42,001 nt of DNA from a virus (Duplodnaviria > Caudoviricetes): the IMG/VR virus record IMGVR_UViG_3300048851_000083, positions 1 to 42,001 of that record; one strand, 5' to 3'. Below the pieces are notes generated by a model. The model was not told the DNA's origin. It did not search any database and saw only the letters and a program-made list of their open reading frames with translations. The position numbers and the translations under genes were made by a program. Positions 1 through 8,869 of this stretch are shown here, piece by piece (positions within the stretch are counted from its first letter, which is position 1; each line of letters opens with the position of its first letter).

Positions 1-559
1 TGCTACGTAAGTAAATGTCCGAGGGTGGCGCGGTCGCACCAGGCACAAGCTTGGGTCGCTTGTGGGCGCCGCGCCCGGTCCGAACTCCCTTTGGCGCGCG
101 CGGCGCTCACTTTCTCAAAAAGTTGGCCATTGGGTATTGTCATCGGCCGGCGCGTCGAAGAGTCGGGACCGACGATCCGGCTCGCCGGAATCGAGGTTCA
201 CACCGGGCGCCCCATTCCCCCACTTGTCCGTCAACAATCCGGAGTGGGGTGCTTCTCGCATCTGTAAATTGGCTCTTGTCTCGTCGGATTAAGCGCACGA
301 AACTCCCCGCGCGGGCCAAGCCCAGCGCCTTTCAGGCGCCCCGGCCCGTAACAGGGGAGGCGTCGCGTCAGGTTTCCCCCGGCGGGGCGCCTCTTCCACC
401 AATTGGGCGGATTGCGGGTCGCCAGTTTGGGCCTCCGGGGCCGCGGATCTGCGGTCTGCATCTTTTTCCCGTTGCGGAACTTACCTTTTCGCTCCGTCTA
501 GGTATCGGCGCCTCGTCCCTCCCCTTTGTCCGTCAACAAACTGGGGCGGGGCGTTTCAA
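1..559 (-). ncRNA. Putative large structured non-coding RNA or tandem structured units, truncated by the window edge
   Basis: No credible ORF. Dense nested hairpins with G-U wobbles and GAAA/GCAA-containing loops on the minus strand. A ~47-nt hairpin with an identical TTGTTGACGGACAA core occurs twice (526-539 and 224-237). Confidence 0.45.
206..553 (-). repeat. Two copies of a ~47-nt hairpin motif (~206-252 and ~507-553), 302 nt apart
   Basis: Minus strand cgccccgccccagtTTGTTGACGGACAAaggggagggacgaggcgcc vs caccccactccggaTTGTTGACGGACAAgtgggggaatggggcgcc. The 14-nt core is identical and the flanks diverge while keeping pairing. Confidence 0.8.
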
Positions 560-868
560 TCAACGGCTTTCTTCGACAACTGCGAGCGGATCGCCAGAGC
601 GACCACTAGGCGCATCAGCCGGCCGTGCGTCGGCGAGCTGCGCCGACTGCTGACTGATCGTCTTGGCGTCCTCGACCACCCGGGCACCGTCAATCGCCTT
701 GATCACTGCGTTACCTGTGATCGTCACAAGGCCGCCGAACAGCGTATCGACCATGCGTTGGTTGTCGGCGGGCACGGCGTGAAAGACGACCGCCATGCCC
801 AACGCGAACGATGCAAGGATCAGCATGGCGGCTAGTGCATAGCGCCAGTGGCGGTCGGCATCCGTCAT
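560..868 (-). CDS. Holin-like membrane protein
   Basis: 102 aa with two hydrophobic helices, at the distal end of the late operon, ATGA overlap with the upstream gene. Confidence 0.65.
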   Translation of the reverse strand: MTDADRHWRYALAAMLILASFALGMAVVFHAVPADNQRMVDTLFGGLVTITGNAVIKAIDGARVVEDAKTISQQSAQLADARPADAPSGRSGDPLAVVEESR

Positions 869-1296
869 TCGCCCGCACCCCTAACGCTATCCAGCCCGCT
901 CGCGAGCTTCGGCGCCCAAGACGGCAGGCCGCCCGTCGTTGCTGCGGACAGCAACTCCATCGCCTGCTTGAGCGACGGATCATCAGGATTCTCGGCGCGG
1001 ATCCGGGCGGCGAGCAACTGCACGGCGCTGACGGCATAAACTAGCTTCATCTCCGCAGCGTGCGCCGCCGTAGACGCGTGCTCGACTTTGCCCTCAAGCG
1101 CGACGATCCGATCGCGGAGATCGTCGATCGTGCTCTTCCGGCCCTCCGCCAGCGCAATACGTGCTCGCGTCACAGCATCGGAAATTGCGGGCCATCCCTT
1201 GATCAACGCAAGCGCGACCATGGCGAAGAGGCCCCAACCCCAAGGGGCGCGCTCGAACGACGAAGCGATGGCCACGCCTACGCCGCTCACGCGCAC
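865..1296 (-). CDS. Membrane-anchored coiled-coil phage protein (lysis module, holin/antiholin-like)
   Basis: N-terminal TM segment (WGWGLFAMVALALI) followed by a coiled coil. Exact GTG start uncertain. Confidence 0.6.
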   Translation of the reverse strand: MRVSGVGVAIASSFERAPWGWGLFAMVALALIKGWPAISDAVTRARIALAEGRKSTIDDLRDRIVALEGKVEHASTAAHAAEMKLVYAVSAVQLLAARIRAENPDDPSLKQAMELLSAATTGGLPSWAPKLASGLDSVRGAGE

Positions 1297-1450
1297 GATC
1301 CCCAGGCGGCCGCTTGGGCCGCAAAGTCGATACTGATCATGTTGTGCTCCCGACGAACCAGGAATGGTTAGTTTTGCGGAAAATACGTATGGTCGGCGCC
1401 GAGTAACGGGCTACGTTTCGTTGCGATCACAACTGACCCGGATTGAATGT

Positions 1451-1618
1451 GTGGTCGCCATCCTGATTGCGCTCCTGATCCTCGAAATAGCCGCCGTCGT
1501 TGTCTTCGATGTCTGGCAACGCGTAACCGCAAACGCCCGCGAACGTCGTCGTTCCGAGATCCGCGCGCGACATGAGCGCGAATGGAACGAGCGGGTCGGC
1601 AATACTACGAACCGCTGA
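1451..1618 (+). CDS. Small single-pass membrane protein (moron)
   Basis: GTG start, hydrophobic VAILIALLILEIAAVVVF then an Arg/Glu-rich tail, opposite to the late operon. Confidence 0.45.
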   Translation: MVAILIALLILEIAAVVVFDVWQRVTANARERRRSEIRARHEREWNERVGNTTNR

Positions 1619-1713
1619 ACTGATTGCCTGCCTCGGTTGCGGCGTGCCGGATCATCCTTGATGAAACGGATGCGGCGTGTCACGCCGCACTTAGCCGCGC
1701 GGGAGATCAGACG

Positions 1714-2679
1714 TTGTTGTACATTTCGGCGCAGAAACTGTTCGAGGAACGTGTTGACTGCCCGGTATGCGGCAGCACTGATGTGCAGGACATCTTCTCA
1801 AAGCCCTACGTTGGAAGCGAGATCGGCGACATTTTGCGGGGGCGATACGAGCGCACCGGGCGGTCACCTTCGTTCGACGACCGTTTCGCAGAAAAAGATT
1901 ACGTCATCTGCGAGTGCAAGACTTGCCGAGCTTATTACCAGCGGTTCGCGCCAGTCGCGGATCTCGCGGTTGAATATTATAGCGAATGGATCTCCGAGCA
2001 CGGGCGCCCGCAGTGGCCATTCAGCGAGTACACGCACCGCATTAATGAAGCGCTGGTCCTCACATCTTTCCTCCTGAAACACACTGGAAAAAAGTCGCCG
2101 GCCGAGCTTTCCATCTTGGACTTCGGCGTTGGCCGGGGCCTTTTTGCTCTCGCCATGCGGGCGTGTGGCTGCCGCGTTTCCGCGATCGACCTCTCCACAC
2201 CAAGGGAGGACGAAGCGCGTCGCAACGGGTTGGCGATCGCCAAGCACGAAGACATCCCTGGATCCGAATTCGATTTCATAAACACCGAGCAGGTGTTTGA
2301 GCACCTGACACACCCCCTAGATACGGCTCGGCACCTTGTGCAGGGGCTGGCCACTGGTGGCGTCCTTAAAATTAGCGTTCCTTATGCCGGATGGCTGGAG
2401 AAAGGCCCCCTGTTCTTCGACTGGAAAGCCTCCAAGTACGGGAAGGGCTCCATCATGCCCCTCCATCCTATGGAGCACCTCAACTACTATCGGCGCCCCT
2501 CTCTCCAAATCATGATGCGCCAGCAGGGATGTAGGGAGGTACAGATGAGCGCGCTTGACGAACTGAACTACGCCTTCAACTGGAAGGGCGCCAGGAATAT
2601 CGCCAAGAACCTTGCTCGCCCGGTGGTTCGGAAGAACTTCCGCAACTACCTCCTGTTCTCGAAAGGCGTAGGGGTCTAA
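1714..2679 (+). CDS. Class I SAM-dependent methyltransferase with N-terminal Zn-binding Cys pairs
   Basis: CPVCGS and CKTC Cys pairs, motif I ILDFGVGRG, FDFINTEQVFEHLTHP, EHLNYY. TTG start 8 nt after a GGGAG ribosome-binding site. Confidence 0.88.
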   Translation: MLYISAQKLFEERVDCPVCGSTDVQDIFSKPYVGSEIGDILRGRYERTGRSPSFDDRFAEKDYVICECKTCRAYYQRFAPVADLAVEYYSEWISEHGRPQWPFSEYTHRINEALVLTSFLLKHTGKKSPAELSILDFGVGRGLFALAMRACGCRVSAIDLSTPREDEARRNGLAIAKHEDIPGSEFDFINTEQVFEHLTHPLDTARHLVQGLATGGVLKISVPYAGWLEKGPLFFDWKASKYGKGSIMPLHPMEHLNYYRRPSLQIMMRQQGCREVQMSALDELNYAFNWKGARNIAKNLARPVVRKNFRNYLLFSKGVGV

Positions 2680-5273
2680 GGGTCGATCAACCCCCATTCC
2701 TTGAATACCGCCCCGGCACCAGCCACGCCGCCCGTCGTGCAAACCCACCCAATCTTGCCGCCCGGCGCTGGGTTGCGGCGAAAGATGATATCCCCCGGCG
2801 CGTACTCCCCGGAGGCCGGGGACGCCGTGGCGCCATGCTCGATGCACCGTGCGTTGTTGCTCGGACCGACAAACACACGCGGAACCTCGAACTGATACCT
2901 GACCGCTGTGGCCCGCCCATAGGTCCGGCTAGACAGAGGGCCGCCAACCGAAAACGGGCGCTGAGTAGCCTGGTTCGCGTACAGCATTGAAAGCATGCCA
3001 GCGTCGTACTTCAAGCGCCAGACAAGGGGCGCTTGCGTCGAGTGCGATGTTCCAATGATTGTATCTAGGTTCTCGTTGTCCCCAAGCATGGTTGTCACCG
3101 CGCCCGTACCAGGACCGCCAGGATCCAAAGCTAGCCTAGCCCCAACTGCCCTAGAACTAATCAAATCACCTGTTGAAGTCGGAGCAAGCTTCGGCCCCGA
3201 GCCGACCACCGGGACGTTGCCTCCGCTAACCTGCCAAGGGGCTTGAACCTGGGCATAACCCTGGCCGCCCTCGTGGTAGCAGTTGTCGAGCGTGTAGACG
3301 GCATTGTTACTGGTCAACACGTAGGATGCGCCAGAGGCCCAAGTCAGCCCCGTCACCCACTCAACGATGTTGTTAGGCGCGCTCGCACCCCCGGCCCCGG
3401 CGAAAAGCCAGACGTTGGCGTCAGTGCCCGGCACCGTGGTACTCGCGAGCACCTCCGCACCATACTTCACGCTGTAACGGTTGCCTTGGTAGGTGGCGAT
3501 AGTTGGGATGACCGCAGCGGCAAGCCCATTCGCTGTCGCGTGATGCCCCTTGTGGCTGTTGCCCAAGAAGCTGGCTTCCACCATGCCAATACGGCGATTG
3601 CTCGCGAAGTTGAGGTACTCCGCTGCACCGGAGTTCGCATCCGCTCCGCCGATATACAGTCCGATGTCGTTGTTGGTGAATCCGCACCGGCTCATGAACC
3701 AGAGGTTGGCATTGCCCTGCCGCTGATTATCCGGCGAAGTGCTAGCCGTAACGTCGATCCTGGTCCCGTAACCCTGCCACGCGGCGAATACGCAATTGAT
3801 GGCCAGAAAGCGCGCTCGGGCAACTAGTCCATGGTAGGGCCCATCGGGAGTAACGCCCTTGATGAAGCCTCCCACGATGTAGAGGCCGTCGAACTGCGAT
3901 CCATCCGCTCCGAAAACCCCCGGGGTCGCCGTCGTATTTCCGTTCGTCGGCCCGCTCGCCCCTGTCGTGTCGAAGCGAGGGACAATGAAGCCGCTGCAGT
4001 CCCTGGGGAACCGGACGCGGGAGACGATAGTCGAAACATTGCTTCCGTAGTGCCGCCCCTGAAGGCGCATCGTCATCGGAAGCTCTAGCGAGCTGCTGAA
4101 ATAATAGTAGCTGTCTAGTTTGATATCGACGCCGGCCGCATAGACGCTGGACCGGATTTTCTGAGCGCGGCAGTAAGCGGACGCTGCGAGGAACGCCGGG
4201 ACATTGTCGGTGGCGTTATTGCTGGGAGTTACCAACGGATCGTTTGCCACCCCCGGCGCGAAGTCATCGCCGACGCCGCCGAAGACCTCAATGTCGAACT
4301 TAAATCCCTCAAGCCGATAGCCGTGCACGACAGCGCCCAGCTCAGACGATACGGGCGCACGGAATGTCCAACGTGGATTGGCGGCGGCATATGCCGGGGC
4401 CACCAATGCATCGTCCCGGACATAGAACGCGGCGCCGCTACTGGCGAGGATGCTCCCGCCCGGCCCATAGCTGGACGTGCGAACCACCAAGGCGCCTTCC
4501 GGGACAGGAACTGTACCGGTGCGCATAACGGTGAACGGCCCGGCTGACATGACGTGCCCACCGGGGGTCCCTTTCAGCGATTGCGGTCCCTGCCAGCCAG
4601 CTTCCGTCTTGAACCATTCCAGAGGTTCAAGCGGGTTCGTCATGTCCCGATAGAATGAACCGGGGATGCCAATGTCGGCAGCCGGCGGGCCATAGCCATA
4701 TATCGGCCGAACGGCGTCGCGCGCGGCTTCGGCCTGAGAGACCATCGGCCCGATCAGGTCCGCCCCGTCGATCGCCAGCGTGGCGCCGCCGTCCTGGCTA
4801 ATCGTCAGTGTCGCACCCGAGCTTGGCGAGGTGGCGCCAGACCGCATGCCGAAGCTCGCCGGCCGGTTCAGCGGCGCAGCATCGCTGCCGTAGACCTGTG
4901 CCGGCACAGAGACGCTGCCCTGGGCGCGAGTGATGCCAGCGATGAGAAAGCCCCACGCGAGCGTCGCCGGATCTCCGGCCTTCGACCCCATGTAGGGGAA
5001 GGCCTGCCGGGTCGATTTATTCAGGCGGATCCGGATATCGTTCGACCAGGTGCCGTCGGGTAGCTGCGTGACGCCGGCGAGCCGCACGCCCTCTGCGTTG
5101 CCATTTGCGACCTGCGCCAAGTCGGCGAGCGGCGGACCGGGCATGTCGCCCGCTTCACGGATCTGCGCTGCCAAAGCGACGCCCGTCAGGTTTGGCCCGA
5201 TGACCCGGAGCGGAAACTCCCATACGGTATCATTGCGCCAGACCGTCAGGTCCAGTGCCGCAGTCGTCTGCAT
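2676..5273 (-). CDS. Tailspike / receptor-binding protein with pectin-lyase-like beta-helix
   Basis: 865 aa after the tail tip gene. FGGVGDD...TDNVPAFLAA beta-helix entry motif, Gly/Asn-rich rungs, C-terminal GDIIFRRNPAPGGKIGWVCTTGG motif typical of tailspikes. Confidence 0.8.
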   Translation of the reverse strand: MQTTAALDLTVWRNDTVWEFPLRVIGPNLTGVALAAQIREAGDMPGPPLADLAQVANGNAEGVRLAGVTQLPDGTWSNDIRIRLNKSTRQAFPYMGSKAGDPATLAWGFLIAGITRAQGSVSVPAQVYGSDAAPLNRPASFGMRSGATSPSSGATLTISQDGGATLAIDGADLIGPMVSQAEAARDAVRPIYGYGPPAADIGIPGSFYRDMTNPLEPLEWFKTEAGWQGPQSLKGTPGGHVMSAGPFTVMRTGTVPVPEGALVVRTSSYGPGGSILASSGAAFYVRDDALVAPAYAAANPRWTFRAPVSSELGAVVHGYRLEGFKFDIEVFGGVGDDFAPGVANDPLVTPSNNATDNVPAFLAASAYCRAQKIRSSVYAAGVDIKLDSYYYFSSSLELPMTMRLQGRHYGSNVSTIVSRVRFPRDCSGFIVPRFDTTGASGPTNGNTTATPGVFGADGSQFDGLYIVGGFIKGVTPDGPYHGLVARARFLAINCVFAAWQGYGTRIDVTASTSPDNQRQGNANLWFMSRCGFTNNDIGLYIGGADANSGAAEYLNFASNRRIGMVEASFLGNSHKGHHATANGLAAAVIPTIATYQGNRYSVKYGAEVLASTTVPGTDANVWLFAGAGGASAPNNIVEWVTGLTWASGASYVLTSNNAVYTLDNCYHEGGQGYAQVQAPWQVSGGNVPVVGSGPKLAPTSTGDLISSRAVGARLALDPGGPGTGAVTTMLGDNENLDTIIGTSHSTQAPLVWRLKYDAGMLSMLYANQATQRPFSVGGPLSSRTYGRATAVRYQFEVPRVFVGPSNNARCIEHGATASPASGEYAPGDIIFRRNPAPGGKIGWVCTTGGVAGAGAVFKEWGLIDP

Positions 5274-5287
5274 GCTATTCTCCGAGA

Positions 5288-7219
5288 TCAGGGGATCGGG
5301 TTGCTGCCGCCGCCGCCAGGCGGTGTGCTGCCGCCGCCCGACGAGCTGCCGCCGCCAGCAGCAGGCGTGAGGATCGTGCCGACGTAGTGCCGCGCGGGAT
5401 TGTCCGAGGAGGTGAAGGCGTCCGCATAAGTCGTGGTGGCAACGACCGTCAGCGCGCCACCATCGCGTTCAACATCGTCCGCGTAGAGCCAATAAGTGGT
5501 GGCGTACCCCATGCCCGTGACCGAGGCGGCATCCACGGCAACGGTGCGGTCCTGATACACCCGGCTATGTGCCGAAATCGTGATGGTCGCATCGCTGCCC
5601 GCGTCCGTGGCGGCGATGGTGAGCCCGGTTTGATAGCTGTTAGCGATCAGCAGCTGCTCGAGTGTAGCTTCGGCGACAGGATAAGCAGTCGGGATGGTAA
5701 GGTCCGGTGTCGGCGGTGGCGTGCCGGTCTTGCCTAGAGCGAACGCGTGCTTCGCCGGATCCTCCGACCGGCAGGTGAGGGTGACCCCGAACGACGCTCC
5801 CTCAATGTCGCGCTCGCGGACGATCACGTCGCGGTTCACCAGGCTGGCCTGCGGAATGTTGACCGTCAGGCAGTCGCCTGGTCGGTAGCCAACCGCATAG
5901 ACCTTGCATGGCAGCACGATCGGGTTGAGCTCGCGATTGTTCAGGAGCTCGTAGAGGCCCAGCTGGACGCCCTGATCAGCGTCCTGCACGAGCGGGAACG
6001 TGACCTCTTTGGGTCGGCGGCCACCGTCCACGGCGATAAACTCCGGGATCTCGACGGCATCGAGCGGGACCATGTCCCAGCCATGAGACTCGAGCCGCAC
6101 CCTCGAGATCACGGTATTGCGGCGCGTCCGGCGCGAAGCCGATGACGGCGCATCGATCTCGCCAGCGATGTCGTTGGAGGTGATCAGCCCGATCGAGACG
6201 CGCGGCGCTGAGAAGGTGCACGACAGCAGCGCGCCGACCGGCATCACCTCGCCGCCGCCAGCCTGCGCAATCATCTTAAGCACGTCCCAACTGTCGTCAT
6301 CCGACGTGAAGACGATGCCGCCGACCTTCCAGTTGTTGACCTCGCAGACGTTCGCCCATTCGACGAAGGCCGCCATGTCGATGCCGGTCGCCTTGAGGCC
6401 GCCGCCGGCGATCAGCATGCCGTTCTGAATTCGCCCATACGCCCAGGTGATCGCGTGAAGCGCGGGGTTCTCCGACCAGACGTAAGTGGCTTCATTGCCG
6501 AGCCGGCAGTCGCCCGAGCCGCCCGGATAGGTGCTGTCGAGCCGCGCATCGTAGACGAACACGCCCTCGATCACGCGCTCGCGCTGGGGGACGCCGTTCG
6601 GGTAGATCTTGCCCTTCTCGTCGAACTTGAGCGTCCAGAGATCTGCGGCGAGCCCCGACAGCTTGGACGAGGGACCCCAGCCCGGGAACGCTCCCTGCGG
6701 CCCGGCCAGCACGCTCGGCTCCGGACACGCGCCAAGCTGCTCGTCGAGCCACATGTGGCCGCCATAACTGCCGACGGCCGCGCCGCCGCTGAAGGTGATC
6801 GGTGCCTTGTCGATCAGCAGCGGGCCGAGGCTCTTCACCGGCCCGATGCTGTGGATCGTTACCCAGCTTTCGAGGCTGTTCTTCGGGCCATAATACTGCC
6901 GATGCCCCACCCGGCCGCCTGAAAGCGTTCGGCCGATCGCATATGGGTATCCGCTATCCTTGTTGATCGTGAACTTGGTCGGATTGCCGCCTAGCGTGCC
7001 CTTGGGTTGAGCGACGGCAGCGACAAGCGACAGCGCACCAGCCGCAACGCTGGCGATCGTGCCGATAGACGTGAGCGTGGCCGCCGTCGCTAAGCCGGCG
7101 ATCGAGCCGCCTGCCGCAATCGAGGCGCCAAAAGCTCCAGCGGCACCGAGAGCGCCGACGCCGGTTGCGACAAGCGCCACCGCACCGACGACGAATGCGG
7201 CCGTGCGGATCGCTTTCAT
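5288..7219 (-). CDS. Tail tip / host-specificity (J-like hub) protein
   Basis: PYAIGRT and VYDARLDSTYPGGSG...WSENPALH motifs of siphovirus tip proteins. ATG at 7219 overlaps the upstream stop. Confidence 0.85.
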   Translation of the reverse strand: MKAIRTAAFVVGAVALVATGVGALGAAGAFGASIAAGGSIAGLATAATLTSIGTIASVAAGALSLVAAVAQPKGTLGGNPTKFTINKDSGYPYAIGRTLSGGRVGHRQYYGPKNSLESWVTIHSIGPVKSLGPLLIDKAPITFSGGAAVGSYGGHMWLDEQLGACPEPSVLAGPQGAFPGWGPSSKLSGLAADLWTLKFDEKGKIYPNGVPQRERVIEGVFVYDARLDSTYPGGSGDCRLGNEATYVWSENPALHAITWAYGRIQNGMLIAGGGLKATGIDMAAFVEWANVCEVNNWKVGGIVFTSDDDSWDVLKMIAQAGGGEVMPVGALLSCTFSAPRVSIGLITSNDIAGEIDAPSSASRRTRRNTVISRVRLESHGWDMVPLDAVEIPEFIAVDGGRRPKEVTFPLVQDADQGVQLGLYELLNNRELNPIVLPCKVYAVGYRPGDCLTVNIPQASLVNRDVIVRERDIEGASFGVTLTCRSEDPAKHAFALGKTGTPPPTPDLTIPTAYPVAEATLEQLLIANSYQTGLTIAATDAGSDATITISAHSRVYQDRTVAVDAASVTGMGYATTYWLYADDVERDGGALTVVATTTYADAFTSSDNPARHYVGTILTPAAGGGSSSGGGSTPPGGGGSNPIP

Positions 7220-7632
7220 GCTCGCCACGCCCCAACATACTCGACCGGCTGTATGATCTCGGCGCCGTCGTAATCTTCTAGGAACCCGATCGCGCGGCCG
7301 TTGCCGACCGCCACCATCAGGCACCCGATCGCATGCTCGCTGGGGATCGCGAGGATATCGCCGGGGAGCGCCGCGGCCGGGGCGATGCGAGCAAGGCCGA
7401 GATCATCCAGCGCCCCCGGCAGGTCAGCATAACCGCGCTTCGCCAGCGCCTTGGTCGCCCCGATCAGCGTTCCGTAGCTTCCTGCCGAGGGCAGACGGAC
7501 CTTGTGCCCCATACGGCGGAGATGATTCGCGGCGAGGCGAACGCAGTCGGCGTGACCAAGGTGAAATCGACGACCTCGCCATGTATTGACGGTGGCCTGT
7601 GTCGCTTGCTGCCGACGGACAAGCTCGTTCAT
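7216..7632 (-). CDS. Tail assembly protein, NlpC/P60-like (DUF6950-like)
   Basis: FHLGHADC catalytic-Cys motif and ALPGDI. Lambda K-like position. Confidence 0.75.
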   Translation of the reverse strand: MNELVRRQQATQATVNTWRGRRFHLGHADCVRLAANHLRRMGHKVRLPSAGSYGTLIGATKALAKRGYADLPGALDDLGLARIAPAAALPGDILAIPSEHAIGCLMVAVGNGRAIGFLEDYDGAEIIQPVEYVGAWRA

Positions 7633-8273
7633 AGGGCGGCGACCCGGCCGCCGAACCCGGCGCCGCCGCCGCCGCCATAGGTGATGGCGGAAGGCGGCTT
7701 CTCCACACCCCAGTAGCTGGTCTTTTCGATGCCCGACATGTTGGCGAGGCCTGTTTCGCCCGGCCAGACTGCCTTGTGGTGGCTGTCGGACAGGCGCGCC
7801 GCGACTTCCTGATCGTGGAACGGCTCCAAAGCGGAGACGCAGCGCCAAACGACGGTGAGCGAGCCTTTGCCGACACGGAGGCGAGGGACGTCCAGTTCGC
7901 CGGCGAACAGGTGGATCGGCTCGGGAATGACTTGCCCGGTGGTGCGGTCGACGACGGCAAGCCAGCCGTTCACGTCGCCACCCTGCGTCGTCGCGGCGGT
8001 CAGTTGGGCGGCGGCGACTTCCGACGGCGGGGTGAAGCTCAGCTCCCACTCCGGCGCCTCGTCAACGACGCCGTCCTGCAGCGACCCGGCCGACGCGAGC
8101 ACGCCGAACTTCGGATCGCGACCGACGAACCTGTTGCCGTTCCACTTCACCTCGCCGTCGCCGACCAGGTGCCGCATGGTATAGCCGGGCAGCACCACCT
8201 CGATCAACGGCACGATCGGGGACTCCCCCGCGCGCAGCGCCGCAGCCATGGCGGGGGTGAGACGGAACGTCAT
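7629..8273 (-). CDS. Minor tail / baseplate hub protein
   Basis: Starts MTFRLTPAMAAAL, contains RLSDSHHKAVWPGETG...YWG. Translationally coupled in the tail operon. Confidence 0.75.
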   Translation of the reverse strand: MTFRLTPAMAAALRAGESPIVPLIEVVLPGYTMRHLVGDGEVKWNGNRFVGRDPKFGVLASAGSLQDGVVDEAPEWELSFTPPSEVAAAQLTAATTQGGDVNGWLAVVDRTTGQVIPEPIHLFAGELDVPRLRVGKGSLTVVWRCVSALEPFHDQEVAARLSDSHHKAVWPGETGLANMSGIEKTSYWGVEKPPSAITYGGGGGAGFGGRVAAL

Positions 8274-8869
8274 GCGCGCTCCACGATGGAGAATTGCAGC
8301 GGCTGGATGCGAATGCCGGAGAGCACCGCGCCCTGGTCGAAGCCGACGAGCCGGCCCTCGATCATCGGCTCGGTGAATTCGCACTGCTCGCCGTCGACCG
8401 TGAGGAAGCGGAGCATCGGCCAGATGGGCACGCTGATGCGGCCGTCCGCTGGCACGGTCATGTTCGCGGTGATCATGTGGACGTAGCGCCGCCCGGCATG
8501 GACAATGGAGAAGAACTCGCCCCGAAGAAGTCCAGTGTTCGTCCCGAAGCCGCGCACCTTCAGGATCGAGCCCGCCTGGTCCGTTCCATCGACCACCGGC
8601 GTAGACCATCGACGCTGGTCGCTGCCGGGCAGGATCAGCGGCATGATCGCGCCAGAGGTGGTCGCCTCGATCAGCGACGCAATGAGATTGCGAGCGTCAT
8701 CATCACGCAGCAGCTGGCCGGTGGTAACGTCGATCGCGAACCGATCGCCCATGCGCGGGATTGGCAGGTCTTCGCCGCCGAGCGGACTCTCCTGGTTGCC
8801 GCTGAATAGCACCGGGCGCGGCACGCCGATGGTCTTGATCCGCACCGGCGGGATGGCGACGCTCGGCAC
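8270..8869 (-). CDS. Distal tail protein
   Basis: GTG start overlaps the tape measure stop. Contains VDGTDQAGSILKVRG and IWPMLR. Immediately after the tape measure gene. Confidence 0.72.
   Translation of the reverse strand: MPSVAIPPVRIKTIGVPRPVLFSGNQESPLGGEDLPIPRMGDRFAIDVTTGQLLRDDDARNLIASLIEATTSGAIMPLILPGSDQRRWSTPVVDGTDQAGSILKVRGFGTNTGLLRGEFFSIVHAGRRYVHMITANMTVPADGRISVPIWPMLRFLTVDGEQCEFTEPMIEGRLVGFDQGAVLSGIRIQPLQFSIVERA

Noticed and set aside
171-197. Peptide DDPARRNRG appears here (+) and at ~1630-1656 (-) with only third-position differences
   Set aside because: Both lie in ORFs that look non-coding, and a 9-aa match among all six frames of high-GC DNA is plausible by chance.
206-553. CRISPR array interpretation of the repeated hairpin
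   Set aside because: Only two copies, ~255 nt between them, divergent flanks and no cas genes.
1-559. Group I or group II intron
   Set aside because: No recognisable domain V or P7 consensus and no interrupted gene visible. Not fully excluded without a covariance-model search.
15-653. 212-aa ORF on + and other short ORFs in 1-560
   Set aside because: Arg/Pro/Gly-rich with no motifs, and the long one runs antisense into the holin. Likely spurious.
2676-5273. Diversity-generating retroelement acting on the tail fibre
   Set aside because: No reverse transcriptase in the window and no TR/VR repeat pair noticed.
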